Assembly: GCA_965287045.1 (NCBI GenBank)
Contig: OZ336885.1
Location: forward strand, 66,278,001 to 66,342,000
Reading direction: 5' to 3'
Length of the DNA: 64,000 nt
Origin: Carcharhinus amblyrhynchos
Taxonomy: Eukaryota
This document shows, piece after piece, positions 41,301-56,300 of this stretch (position 1 is the stretch's first letter; each line of letters starts with the position of its first letter). The notes below the pieces were generated by a model. It saw only the letters and a program-made list of their open reading frames with translations. It had not been told where the DNA came from and did not search any database. The position numbers and the translations under genes are program-made.

Positions 41301-44300
41301 TCATCCTTCTATTTCATAACCTTTAAGCTGTTTTGAAAAAGTACCCACAAATCACTTCACACACTTGTCTAGTTTAATTAATTGCAGTGAAATATGACGG
41401 CATTAAATTTAAAAAAAACACTGCGAGACCGCTCAAACAAAACAAAAAAGGCGAAGCCAAAGGGGCGAAATGATGGCGCAGCGCTTGGCATTGCTGCCTG
41501 CCAGCGGCAAGAACCTGGTTTCGAATCCCGGCATAGGTCACTGTCTGTGGTTTCCTTCGAGTGTTCTTCTTTTCCCCTGTATTCCACAGATGTGTGGACA
41601 ATGTGGATTGGTTATGCTAAATTGTCCATTGGTGTTGGGGGGACTACTGTAGTAAGTGCATACAGTTACGAGGATAGGTCCTGCGTGAGATAGCAGTCGG
41701 TGAAGACTCGATGGACGAATGATCTCCTTTTGCATTGTAATATTCTACGGTATTGTGATTCTAAGCAATCACAGAATAAATATTAGAACTCTCAAAATTC
41801 AGGGAATAACTATACAGGCTGAATTACAATTGAACGTCAATATATGACTTTTTTTTACTCGCTATAGTGTTGAAGGATATTTAACACATAATGGAACAGA
41901 ATATAACCATGTGCTTCTTGAACAATGGCAGCTCTAGATCGAGTTGATTGTCCAACGCCTGCAACAATGCATTGTTCATTTGTTTGCCAGTAAAACGAAT
42001 CAAGTTAGTACTTAATGTTTCATTTTGCTTTATAATGAATGTGTTAATATATTTTAACACGCCGTTTATTTTAGATTGTCTCAGAGGAATGATGTCAATT
42101 CACACCTTTTCACAGATCAAACTAGATTAACATTTTTTTTCCATTAGTTTATTTTGATAAGGCGCCATGGTGCTCGTGGAGCCTGCATGGCACTACTTAC
42201 GCATTTTTCTCATCATATTTTAGTACTCGAAGCAAAGGAAAAACTTGACGGTGAGGAAATACATGGTCTGTTTTGAGGTTACCCACAATATAGTAAAATG
42301 TATTCTAATTGAACAAGGGCATTCAGAGTTAAACCATCATTGCTTTGTGGCTATGGCATAAAAACGTTGCATACCAGTCCAGAGCAATTGCATATTACGA
42401 GCACTGCTTTGGTAAAAAATGAACATAAAATCAGTGAGACGTTTCATGACGAAAAAAGAATACTAGATCCATCATATCAGTTTGCTCGAATATGTATTGT
42501 TTTTGATTAATAAATACGACCGTGAAACGAATATAACATCGAAAGTGTCCTTCGAAGTATCTTGCATAGAATGCTGGCCAATTGCCAGTCCATCCGTGGG
42601 AAGACTGACGACATGCATTTTGTCCCAGTGATGCAGTTGTTTAATGTTGTGTTCCCACATTTACCTCCAATTATTTCCATGATCCTCCACGAACGCAGTG
42701 GGCGGAAATCACGTTTCATTATCGGTCTTGGTTTTCCGAACATAATACTGGGTCTGAAGATGTTGCCTCTATGCTGTTTTGCGATGGTTTGCAGACTACG
42801 TTTACCAGAAAAGCCACGTATTCAGAAGACAGCCCACGATACTGAAACTGTAATCCAGTAACTGTTAATAGCCACCGCGGTCCATACTCAATTGCATAGT
42901 ACATTCGGAAGGGAGCGAGAATCCGTGCATTATTGGCAAACTTATGCTGGAGCGCCCAAAATTTGCAGATGTGAACTAAATTTCAGCTATCAGGTTAACA
43001 CTTCATTAACTGAAGTTACTATCCTATGCCAATCCCCGCGGCCCGACCTCGCCTCCCCAACCCCACCTCTCAAGCACGACAGTAGCATTATATACAAAGC
43101 ATATGGATAAGCACACGAATGGGAAAGGACTAGAGGGATATGAGGCAACAGTGAAACATTGGGATTAATTGGGTTGTCACCATGTTTGGCCTAGACTGGT
43201 TTGGCTAAACGGCCTGTTTCCATGCTTGTTGCTGAACGTCTCTCTTACTGAAGCAAACTAACTTGTGAATGATAAGAGGCGCCTCATTAGTATTGTTTCA
43301 TCACAGAGTCATGTCCGTGATTCAGAAGTCTCTTCTCATTGACCGTTATTCCTGTGCATTAATCAATGCTTTAAAGTTGCCCAAGCAGGTGGGAATCTGT
43401 GGAACGTATTTTTATAGAGGGCTGTTGCGGCCAGGTCATTGAGTTGTTTAAGACAGAGATAGATAAGTTCTTTGTCAGTAATGGAATAAAAGATTATGGG
43501 GTGAAGGGAGGAGAATGGAGATAAAAGTCATACGAGCCGTATTGAATGGCGGTGTATATTTGATGGGCCGAATGGCCTGATTCAGCTCCAATATCTTATG
43601 GTCTTAAGGTCTTCTAATTTTCGGTGCAGTTGGAGGCGATATCTGCTGTGAAGAAGATAGTTAACATATTCCGCTGGGGGAGGGGCGGGGATGCTTGAGT
43701 AAACGAAGGACATTCACTTGCTCCATATGAAGACCTGAAGACTACCAGAATAAACATTTCGCCAGCACTAATTGTGCTGAGGAATACTTTGCAAAATTGT
43801 GAACGTTTCCTTCATCAGGGAGCAAATGATTTGGCGTGTATTATTGATTCATTATTGCCACTTGCATTAGTATAAGTGAGAAGCATTGATTCTTGCACAT
43901 CATACAGACAAAACACATTCCTAGAGAGGGAAAGGCGACCTTGCGGAATGTGGTTTCTCAGTGATGCCTCGAGTGTATAGAAAGATCAACTTATTACATG
44001 GTATGATGCCAGTAGGGAAGTAACTGTACTGAAGTCTGCTGTCGCGTGGCGTCAGATTTTGTATCTTCCAGATGGAAGAAAGTTGGAAGATGGCATATCT
44101 TGTATCTGTCGGGTCACTAATTATGCAGGCAGTTTTTCCAAAGCAGCCAGAAGTGTGGACTGCGTGAATGGGTTTGTGGGTGGTTTGCACGATTGACTGC
44201 GCTTTGTTCATGAAGTTTGCAGTTTCTTGCGGTCCTGGGCAGAGCAGTAGTTATACGAATCAGTGATTCAAACACAAATAATGATTTGTGTGATGAATCT

Positions 44301-47300
44301 GTTGTTTAGCGTCTTAGCAGACATGACATTTTTCCTGAACCTCCTGAAAAACTGGGAAGATTGGCAAGCTTTCTTAACTTCAATGTCTGCGTGCCGGGAC
44401 TAAGGTAGGTTGTTGGTGAACTGGAAACCCAGAAAGACCGATTTCCTCAACCATATTCACTTCTCCCGTTGATGTACAGATGGGCATGTCCTCCACTATG
44501 TGATCTGAAGTCGAGATTATTTCCTTCATTTCACTGACATTGAGGGAGACAATATTGTTGTTGCATCAGTCCACCAGATTCTCTATCCCTTTCCTATAAT
44601 CTGCCTCATCATTGTTTGAGATCCTTCTCAATACGGTTGTGTCATCAACAAGCTTAAAATTGGAATTGGAAGTGAAATTGGCCACAGAGTCATAGGTGAA
44701 TAAGGAGCGTCTGAGGACAGAGCCTTATGCTCCACCGGCGTTAATATTAATTGTGGAGAATGTTTTGTTATCTGTCCTTGATGATTTTGCTCTATGTATG
44801 AGGAAGCCTATGATGTAGTCGCATTCGGACGAGCCAAGCCCCAGGCAATTGAGTTTGGTAATAAACACTGAGTATAATGGTGTTAAAGATGGAGCCGCAG
44901 TCAATAAATACGGGTTTGAAATAAGTGTGTTTGTTATCCAAGGGTTCCTGCCATGAATGTACAGCCAGGGGTGTGATGTCTGTTGTGGGCCTGTTGCAGC
45001 AATCAGCAAACTATAGTGGAACAAGGCAACCTTGGAAGCCAGAATTGATCTATGCCATGAGTAACCTTGCAAAGCATTTTGTAATGATGGATGTCAGAGC
45101 CAATTAGTGATACATATTAAGACACGCTGCCTGGCATTCCGCCGGTGCAGAGATGATGAAGTCAATTGAAGCAGATAGAAATCTCAGATAGGTGTATAGA
45201 GTGCTTAAAGATGCCTACGAATATCTTGCCAGCTGATCCCAGATAACCTGTGTGGTTATCCGGGTATCCAATCTAGACTTGATGATATTGGCTGCTATTT
45301 ATGATGCGACCATATCGTTTAAATTATTCTAGTAGTGGGCAAAACAAAATGCTTGAAAACCATGCAGTGTATTTAATTTTTAAAGGTGGTCAATCTGTGT
45401 AACTAAGTAAATCTCCTTGTCGCTGCAATAGCACTTTCGGAAGGTGCATCCTCAGCGTCAGATTTTTGGAAAATCGTTGTTCCGTTTTTGAAGGAGAAAC
45501 ATGTATATCTGTTTGTCCAAAATGCAATTGGAACAGGTTATCTGTATGGCTGGAACATTTGAGTGCACAAATTAATATGTTGGATTTATCTCATTTTGAT
45601 GAGGACGATTCTCCTCTCCATTATAATTATTCGTTTTGTTTTTAATTGAAAGTGCCATTGTTAGTCACTCTACGTTCAACCATTCAGAGAGCCGTGCGTT
45701 GTGGTGTAAGTTGGAGGGATAACATCCATTGAGGAAAAGTGGAAGAGCATGAGAAGGAGGAAGCTGAAAAGATGCATGGAAGAAAAGATGCATAATGTGG
45801 GATTTGAGGCAGGGAAGACAGCAGCGTCAAACATTGATGGAGAGAAGAAGCCCAGAACCCTTCAACAGATGTACAACCGAAATTATGCCACATCAATGCT
45901 CTACATGGAGAACACAAATGCCTGCAACTCTACAATTCCGTTAGAAGAAAACACGGGAATTGAAATGTGATTGCAACATCTGAATGTAGATGCTCTCAGG
46001 GGAGATCTGGCACTGGGAGCCATGCGATGCCAGTATCATTGAAGGTGATCATTGTGTGACAGGTTCATTTCAGGCAGTGTGCGGATGTCTCTAGGGATAA
46101 TGCAGTGTCTTGCATATTACTGCATTTTGGACTTCAAAAATTCAATTTTCGTATGTAACAAAGACTTACGCAGGATTACTAAAATCAAATGGAGGAACCG
46201 TGATGATTTGCAGCAATTTAACTATTTTTTTTCTGCATAGTCCAGGGAGCCAGTGCGAACACACATGTAATAATTAAATTTGCACCATGCGAGCTATGCA
46301 ACTTCGAGAATTGTTCTACTATAATGGATTAACGGTTAGGGTACTTTCGTCATGGAGATCCATTACCGTACTTTATGCGGCATGACGGTTTAATCTCGAA
46401 CTTCTCATTATATTGCATCAAACATCATATTAGTAGGTGCGCACTGACAGAAGGTTTTGAAAAGGCGTCTCGTTTATTATCCCATTCTCCAACCGATGGC
46501 AGCAGGGAAGAAGTTGTTTCTGAGTCGGTTCGTCTGCTTCGTTTACTCAGAACTTTGTATCTTCTGCACCAACGAAGAAAGTGAGAGAGTTTCTGGGGTG
46601 TGTCTGGTCTTGATAATGCTGGCTGTTTTTTGCGAGACAGTGGGAAAAGCAGACAGTATCAATGGATGGGAGGCTGATTTGAGTGATGGATAGGACTTCC
46701 TGTGCAGTTTACTGCCGCCTTGGACAGAGCGGAGGCCACACCAAGCAGTGACACAACCGTAAATAATGCTTTCTATGGTGCGCGTTGGTGAGAGTTGTAG
46801 CAGACATGCCGAATCTTCTTAGTCCCCTGAGGGAGTAGAGGTATTGGTGGGCTTTCTGAACTATAGCGTTTGCATGGAGGGTCCAATGACTGTTTGTTGG
46901 TGACCTGGACACCTAAAAACGTGAAGCTCTCGACCGTATCTATTCATCGCCACTGATATAGAACGCGGCATGCCTGCCACTGCTTGTCTAAGTCGATGAC
47001 TATCTAATTCATTTTCCTAACATTGAGGGAGACATTATCGTGGTCACACAAGTTCAACAAATTATACTTCTCTTCCCTGTACTATTGTCATTGTTTTAGA
47101 TCCCACAATAATGATGGCATCAACATATTTGAAAATAGAGTTGGCAAAGAATTTGGCCATACATTCAGAGGTGTATACCCATTTCAGCCACAACATTGTT
47201 CCAACTCTAACTATCTCCTAATCCGTTACTTGTCAATCATTAGAGAGAACGCTGGGGTCACTGGTTAGGGTCGTATGCATTACCCATGAACAATTGCCCC

Positions 47301-50300
47301 TGAGCAAGCAGTGCTGACCGAATATCACCATTGTTGCAGCTCAGTTTTCATACCTTCATCCTATGGTGGGGTGGGGCAGTGTAAGATCCAGAGCTTGAGG
47401 TGATTGACCTAAGAACTGTGAAACAATTTAAATGAAATTAAAATTCAGGATCACATTTGTCTTGGAAGTGAAATTACAGCGGAAATTAATACATAGGAAC
47501 AGAAGTAGGTCGAACCCTCGAACCTGTTCCGCTATTTAATGGGACATTGGTTAATCAGACATTCTGCATGCCAACTTCCCTGCTCCCTCTTTGTAACATT
47601 TGAATACTTATTGATCGAAAATCCATTCAACTCCCCCCTTAATGTGCACAATTTATCTAGCCCCAAAACTGTACGTGGCAAAAAGTTGCAAACACACAAC
47701 CATTTGAGAGAAGACATTCCTCTATTCCCAGTATTAAATTGGCGCCCCTTTATTCTAACAGTATGCCCACTAGTCCCAGACTCACCATTTCAGGGAAATA
47801 GCCTCTCAACATTTACCAGATCAGCCCCTCAAAAATCTTACCTGTTTCGACTACATAACCAATTATTCATCTAAAATCAAATGACGAGAAACCCAAATGT
47901 CTCATATTTGTTAATCGACATTCGGGATCGTGATAGTGAACCTACTCTGATCTGTGTCCAATAATATGTTTACTTTAAAAAGGGGAACGAAACACTTAGC
48001 AGCATTCCAGATATGGCCTGACCAGTACCTTGTGCAGTTGTAGCAAGTGTCCCATCCTCATTTACTCCAAAGCCCTTGAAAGAAGTGCAAACATTGAATT
48101 CAGCTTTCAGATGACCTGCTGTACATATGTGATTGTTTTATGTATTCCCTGCACAAGTACCTCCAAGTTTCGTTGCGCTGCCGATTTTTGCGGTATTTCT
48201 CCATTTAAATGTTTTGTTCTCTCTTCCAATTTGAACAACTTCATATATTCGTACGTTGCACTCGTTTTGTAAACGATCTGTGCTCTTTAATAACCTTTCA
48301 ATATCTCTCTGTAAACGTTGCCCTTTCACTTGCATTTCCATTTGTTATTGTGATCTGCAAATGGGCTGCAGAACGTCAGCTTCCTTCCTCCATGTAATTC
48401 ATATATATTGTGAACAGCTGCGAGCCCAGCACTGATTCTGATCGAACATCACTGGTTACGGGCTGCCAACATGCAGAGGACACTCTTAACTCCAGTTCTT
48501 ATTTCCTGCAGGGCCAATTTTCTATCCATGCCAGTATATATTTTCCAACACCATTGAATCTTATCTCATGACTTAGCATATTGTGAGATACCTTGTCAAA
48601 CCTCTTCAAGATGTAAGTATTTTTAAAAAAAACTGTCTATTAGTGTCACTCCACCCGCTCTGGTGGAAACTTCCTCTAAAATCTCCATTAAGTTAGTCAG
48701 ACAGGAGGTATATTACACGAAAATCTTCTCTTCTATCGAGGTCACTCTTGAAGTAAAAGCACATAGTCCGAATCAAAGGAAAGCGATCTGAATTTCAACC
48801 TGTTCCTGAATATGAATATTTATCTGAAAACGTTATTCAAGTTTAATTTACGTCGTTTCACTACTCCTTTTTAGCAACTTAAAATTATGTAATTTGTATT
48901 TGTTTAAATTGTTGTTTTCTCTTGCATTTTATCATCAGATGAGGAAACGCGAGAAAAAGACTCAGGTAATGTTTTGTATTAAGTGTGTTATATTTCCTGA
49001 ATGTGAGTATGCACTCCTTTAGTTACTTAACTGCATCTGAGGATTTAGAGAGAGACATTTTGCGAGTCCGGGCAATAATCAATTGGCTTACTGGTAAAAC
49101 TTGGAAGGTGATTACCCTTTCACTGTTGTGTGATAGTCCTGCAAAAGGATCCCGCAACTATCGAATCAGGAAAAATATTACGCAGCTACATTATTGTATA
49201 ACAATTTTTGACAAAGGATAACTTGGCTTCCGTAGGGGAAAAAATACACATTTCTAACATTGGACACTCCTAGAGTGTGCCAGCCCTTCTTTAAGGACTG
49301 TTGAGTGATTAGTGATGTTGATAGCAGACCGGTGGAATGGGAATGGGAATGAAATCTATGATCTTCCCGTTCAGAGGTCAACGAAGCGCAGCACACACCA
49401 TATGCTAAAGCAAATGTCGTCCCAATGGCGGGGGAATGTATATGACCACTGGACAGTAGAGAGGTGATATCTCAATGCCTTCACAATTAATCCACATCTT
49501 CCAGACGCACACCGAACTGAGGGTAGTCTTCTTCAGGAGTAAAACGCCTAAATAAAGAGACGTGATGTCCTGATGCCGCTGTTCCTGCAATTCATCAAAG
49601 GGCAAGTGGAAATTTGCAACTTAACAAAGGATAAAAGGGGGAAAAAACAACATATCATGGAGGGTTTTTCTTCGTTCTAAGTGGCGGTGTGACAGCTCGT
49701 CTATTGCAGACAATAAGTGACTGACTGGATGATCCAACATTGTTTGTTTTGAGGGAGGGCCAGGTTTATAGCCACTACTATCGTCTTAACTTGGACATTA
49801 CTTTCACTTCGACTTAATCTCCCTCCTTTCATCAACTATCACGCCCAGTTTCACTCACTTCTGTATGCCAACATAAATCCCTGCTGAACGGGAATGTGCA
49901 ATGGTGGCAGTTTCCACCCGCTGTGAATGGGAGCACCAATGGTACTGAAGCACTGTCTACCCTGACTGGTCAACAGTCTCAGAGAATCAAATAGATGTTT
50001 CTGGTATTTCTACCACGTTTGCAGTTTCATTGCAATGAAGCTCTGATTCTGCCCAGTTAGTTGATTTTGAAATACAACTAGCTATGTGAAACACTTGAGA
50101 GGGAAACACTATTTCTGTTCTGGACAATGAGCAGACAAGATTTGCCAACACGAAGTTTGCCGAATAAATCCGCTTGTTAAGTTCAATGTGCTTGGTGCCG
50201 CGTCAGCAGATTCCCAAGAGCAATATAATTGAGGCAGAAGCCAGACTGTGATTCTTTAATTTAAATGCAAGCAAACCATTTTTTCTTTGTTATTCATCAT

Positions 50301-53300
50301 AGAAATAGCAGCTTTAAATAAGGAACTGCAAGATGCAGGTGAGAATAAAATGACGCAGGAACATGGGAACAACGTTCGTCATTTAATTACAACCCAAGAG
50401 CATAAACTGCCAGTCACTGGAGCAGAGCCTGTTTTGACTCAAATCTTTATGTTTTCCCTTGCAAACTAGATAACTTGCCATTTCAGAATAGTGTGCTAAA
50501 TGTATGTTAAACATCGAGTCTTGATGTCTTTTGCAAATCTAGTCTTGAAAGTATTTTTTAACACATTTGTTCTATTACTTCAATCATCAGCCAGCAAAGT
50601 AAAGTAGTTTTCATCTCACTGTCAATTTCAAATAACTTTCTGGAAACTTTGATCGAGTCAGCTCTCTTTTTTTTTTAATTTCAGGTGATTATAATCTCAC
50701 TTACTCTAAAGGGCATTATTTTTTGTTTTTATTATTTTCCTTTCCTGGCTAATTCTGATAGTTCTTCTTAGATCTCTCGTCATGCCTAACATATGTACCT
50801 GGAAATATTTCGAGGCGTACAGAATAATCAGGTTTCCCGTAATAATTTCTGATTAAACTGTAACGTGACTTCCTGCTTTTTTAATTTCGTTGCAATTTAA
50901 CTATCAACTGTTTCATTTGCCATGATGATAATTTCTGAAAATACTGATAAACAGTAATTATCTATCATTGAATGAACTGTGCTTATTGCTATTCCCATCC
51001 GTTGACTTGTTACTAATTTGGAACGTTGTCAGATCGATACGCCTTGCCTCACAGGAGTGTGACCTTATCATCATACATTGAAAACGCATTGGCAATGTTT
51101 GCATTTTAAGTTACCGAAATGAATATCAAAATTTCTATCCGATTTTATATTTGTGTTCAGAACGAATATTGTCCCATAATTCCATGTGAAGCCGTTAGCT
51201 AATAGTGATAAATTCGATCAATGTGACTAAATGGGGGAGTGGATATATGGTAGCTGGATATGGTGCTTCTGGCTTCTTTTGTGCAGACTGAAAAATCTCA
51301 CACATTCACTTTGCTAATGTTGAACGAGGTTCGGTATGTTTGAATTCTGTAACTTTCAAAGAATATAGAAGATATTTACACGTGTGATCGATGGACAGAT
51401 GCAATTCACGATTAAAACTTGGTCTGTTTTGGCAGCTGGGTTGTAGATTTATTGTCCAGGAAAAAAATGGTTGCATGATCGTTTTAAACACGTAGTTCCA
51501 GACATTCCATTTAGCAACCAAAGTTACTCACAGAAAGAACAATTAGTGCAGCAGACTGCACTAAACACTCCAATGGTCCCTCATGTTTTGCATCATGGTC
51601 CCTTGACTGCATGTGCCCATCTTCTTTAAATTATTTAGTAGCATTGCCACAAGACCCCTTTGCTCAATCGACAACGTAATAGCCACTTTTAATAAAAACA
51701 CTAGCATTTTCCAAATCGAATCGCAGAGAAGGATGTGCATTTATTATTGAGTTTTTAAGTTTCGTGCAATTTGTTACGGGATCCAACTCAGATCATCTGG
51801 CGGTATAAATTTCCTGAGATCTAAACTGACCATTACAGATATATTGACATTATGCATTGACATCCTGGGCATGGCTGCATGTTTGCACTGACTGTCTTGG
51901 TTGCCTTCTATATTTCTGATCTCTGTGGCCAACAATAGATGTGTTCTAGCCACATTTGTTGTCCTGGATGTCATATAATTAGACAAAACCATTACTGCAT
52001 TTCTTTTGTTTCTCTTTTACATTATCCCATCGGTTTTCTGACCTCGTAGGATCTGTACTCATATATATGATGCTTGCTCCTATGGGACACCGATTCTATG
52101 AATACCAAACACGATGTTCACGTTCATGATCGTCACTTTCAACGAATATAGAAAATATTTACACGTGTGATCGATGGACAGATGCAATTCACTATTAAAA
52201 CTTCTTCATTTTCATGATGGTCGACCCTGTTCTGAAAGTAAATGCCTTGATTATTTTTATCCCTGCACTTCACAATTCTATCCGCATAAGTACAGAAAAT
52301 TCACTTGACAAGATAGCGTACGCAGAATATTTCGTTATGATTCTCATGACCTTTTTCATATTTGTCCCCATAATGTGTGGAAGGATATAACAATGTGTTA
52401 GTTGTCATAAAATTCAGAGACACACAGAGCAATCTGAATGTTGGATGAAAAACTGTATTCAATGTTTGGATAATTTCAAACTTAGAAATGTAATCAATGA
52501 TGTGGGGACATTTTACAAGTTTATATAAAGTACATTTTTTTGCAACTTTGGATCAAGAGTGCAATGAAGTTTTGTGAGGATGCATCAATCCTCCTCCGCT
52601 CCAAAGAGAAAAGCCGCAGCTCCCTCAACCTTTCCTCATAAGATCTATCCTCCAAACCAGGCAGCATCCTGGTAAATCTCCTCTGCACTCTCTCCAATGC
52701 TTCCACATCCTTCTTATAATGAGGTGACCAGAACTGAACATAATATTCCAACTGTGGTCTCACCAACATCTGCTATAGTTGCAGCCTAACCCCACGGCTC
52801 TTAAACTCAAACATCCTATTAATAAACGCTAACACACTATAAGCCTTCTTCATGGCTCTATCCACTTGAGTGGTAACCTTCAGAGATCGGTGGATATGAA
52901 CCCCGAGATCTCTCTGCTCCTCCACATTCCTTAGACCTTGTAATCTGCATTCAAGTTTGTCAAACCAAAATGAATCACCTCACACTTATCAGGTTTAAAC
53001 TCCATCTGCCACGATTCGGCCCAGCTCTGCACCCTATCAATGTCTCTTTGCAACCTGCAAGAGCCCTCCACCTCATCCACTATGCTACCAATCTTGGTGT
53101 CGTCAGCAAATTTACCAATTCACCCGTCAGCCCTTTCTCCCAAGTCATTGATAAAAATCACAAAAAACAGAGGACCCAGCATCTACTCCTGCGGCACATC
53201 GCTGGTAACTGGCCTCCAGTCTGAAAATTTTCCCTACGCCAGAACCCTCTGTCTTCTATGATACAGCCAGTTACTTATCCAATTGGCCATATTTCCTTCT

Positions 53301-56300
53301 ATCCTACATTTCCTTATCTTCTTCATGAGCCTACCATGGGGAACCTTATCAAACGCCTTACTAAAATCCATGTATACGACATCAACTCTTCTACCTTCGT
53401 CCTCAAACTTAGTTATCTCCTCAAAGAATTCAGTCAAATTTCTGAGGCAGGACTTACCCCTCACAAAGCCGTGCTGACTATCCCGGATTAAACTGAATCT
53501 TTCCAAATGGTCATAAATCCTATCTCTCAGGACCCTTTCCACTAACTTACCGACCACCCAAGTTATACTAACTGGCCTACAATTACCAGGGTCATTCTTA
53601 TTTCCTTTCTTAAAAGAGGAACAAAATTTGCCACTCACCAGTCCTCTGACACTATCCCTGTGGACAATGAGGACCCAAAGATCAAAGCTAAAGGCCCAGC
53701 AATCTCATCCTTGTGTCGCTTCAGTTAAGAAATCCGAAAGGGCATACTGCTATGGGTCATTTTGAGTTTCCTCCTGAATTTTTTTTCTATATGTATTACG
53801 GATGAGCACATGGAGATGTTTTCAACGTCGGTGTTCTTCCTGTCGATTTCAAGGACTACCAAAACAGGCACTTTGCATCAGATTCAGTGAACTGTCCAAT
53901 GCCTCTGAAGTAATTACTTTGATGTCAGATTGGTATATCAACTACTTTTTTTTAATTATAGACCGCATATTCATAGTTGTGCATTTCTCAATTGTTTGCG
54001 ACAGCTGTTGCCATAATTTGCACCATAATTCACAATAGGGCATGTATGCAATCCTGTGATCCCACATGGGAGAGAAAATTCTTCAGGTGTTATGGTCGAA
54101 TAATAGAATTCCAGTTCTCCTATGCTGAATGACTGAAGTCTACTTACTTTTTCAACTGGCATATTGCACACGCTACCCATATTCTGTGGATCTATCTACG
54201 GGCGTATGTCTCTTCTAATAATGGTTCTTCACGTGTGTCGAACACGTGTTGATGGTTTTCTTGCAGTACGTATGGGAAAACCTGAAATAAATCTCTCGAA
54301 GTGATAATGTTCTTTAAGGTTGCTTGGCTGTTCATGACGTTAATAAATTGAAGAACGTGTAGTATTTCTGTGGACATCTGCATCCTGGGCCTATCAATAC
54401 GTCCTGCAACATTAGGATTGATTGGATAAAGCAGGATTTTTTGGCTCTGTAGACGAGTACCTCATTATGAAGCTGCTGCGATTTCTTAGCATAAAGTTCG
54501 ACCATGCTGCCATTTCAGTTTGAAACGAATCCAAAGGTCATTATCAATGCGGCTGCATGCAAGAACTATTTTTTTTTTCACTGAATGCGTGTGCCTATAT
54601 TTTGTATAATGTAAACAGCACTTGCCGAAGTTTATCCTGAAAAGATAGATTCATTGTCGCTCCTCTGTAGTTTGGGTAATGTCAGGAATTGGGAACGTCT
54701 ATCATATTACAGTTTTGCACTGCATGTGGTTAGCTCAACTCTTAGATATCTTGTGGCATAAACATATTTGGATTTCCATCCTTTCCCAGTTGGAACACGA
54801 TAGAATAATCCCAATCGTTATGCTGAAGCATATTATGGATCATTGCATTACACTGCATGTCAAATCATTTCTTTCTAACCGTGTTTGTTGTGTACAGGCT
54901 GCATCGACAAGGCCAATACAGACCGTCAATGCAATTTTTCCGCACCATTGGCACTATCAACTCTAAAAATTAAGCATTAATTATGTCTGGATATGTCATT
55001 TGTACATAGCCGACAGACACAGTACATCGTCCGTCTTGATTGATCTACTTGTCATCAGCACATGTATTGAATTAATGTTAAGTTCCATAGATGCAAATAT
55101 CCTTATTCGACCGATGCACCCATGTTTGTTGGGGACAATATTTGCTCACGGACGGTCTTAGCTCATGTCCAGCAGAAATATATTTTCTTACAGGGAGATT
55201 TGTCTCGTAGACAACTGGAGTGTGTGTTCCCTACACATTCGCTTAAGTCCCAATAAATCAAGGAAAACGCATAGTCTCTACTTCGACGATTCATTTCCTT
55301 CAGTCTGTTATGTTGAAAGGAGGCAAAAGCTATTTCTGCTTGACCGAATCAACATAGTGATTCCCATTCACGATTTCCGGAAAAAAAGTGATTACCTTCT
55401 TGTTTGAAGAGATCTACATTAATCATTGGCAGCTGGGTCTATCAGGTCACTGGAATCATCTTTGTGCTTGTATTTACGTCGGCTTTCTTTTGCTCTCATT
55501 TCCGATATTTCTGGTATGCCGCACATTTGATTTGTTACACTGAATCTTGTCGCAAATGAAGAAGAACTTGTCCTGCATCAGCTCGCCCAATGTTCCCTTG
55601 GGCCACATCTCGTGTGACTGACTCGGGATGAAAAGCAGTGTTGTCCTTAATGAATGAGTTCCAACTTCTCAGATCACTTGCTTTCGTCCGTGAACCCAAA
55701 ACTGTGCCACTCGTAGTAGCTTCATAATGTGCTTGCATATATCGTTGGTCAACAGAACATTTTATTTGGTTCTGTTGTTTGTAAGAAGCATTTTTTATGA
55801 CTTTCTACTCATTTCCTTATCGAGGAAGTTATTTTCGAAGACGTTAATTGGGATTGAAGTTATAAGCAGTCCCAGCATTCATTTGGACAGCTATAAATAA
55901 AGGATATGGTTCCAAAATAAACCACACGTTTCTTTATCACGGTATTTGCTTACGAATTGCTCAGTACATCATTGTGGTTATTGTGTGTAACTATCAGCTC
56001 CAATTCAAAATTTGACGCAGACAGAGACACAGACACACACGCAGACACACACGCAGACACACACACACACACACACTCACGCACGTATAAATCGATTATC
56101 CTCAAGGTTATTAACTGCTTCACATGCAACTTTCAATTCTTTGAAGTAGCTTCATTGACTGTGTTTGATCCCTTGTTTCAACTGAGTTATTAATTTTCAC
56201 ATTTTCCGCATTTCTAAAAATTTAATCCATAAAAAATCATTCCATCCCATGTATAGGAATATCAAATTCGATCGAAAATCCTTAACCTCCCAAACAAATC

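Noticed and set aside
43800-43821. Minus-strand cctgatgaaggaaacgttc hammerhead-like boxes
   Set aside because: No stem II between the boxes; at most a deleted remnant.
45688-45705. 18-nt exon-like segment ESRALW with gtaagt donor
   Set aside because: Weak pyrimidine tract, atypical composition, and it would break the otherwise continuous register between exons 10 and 11.
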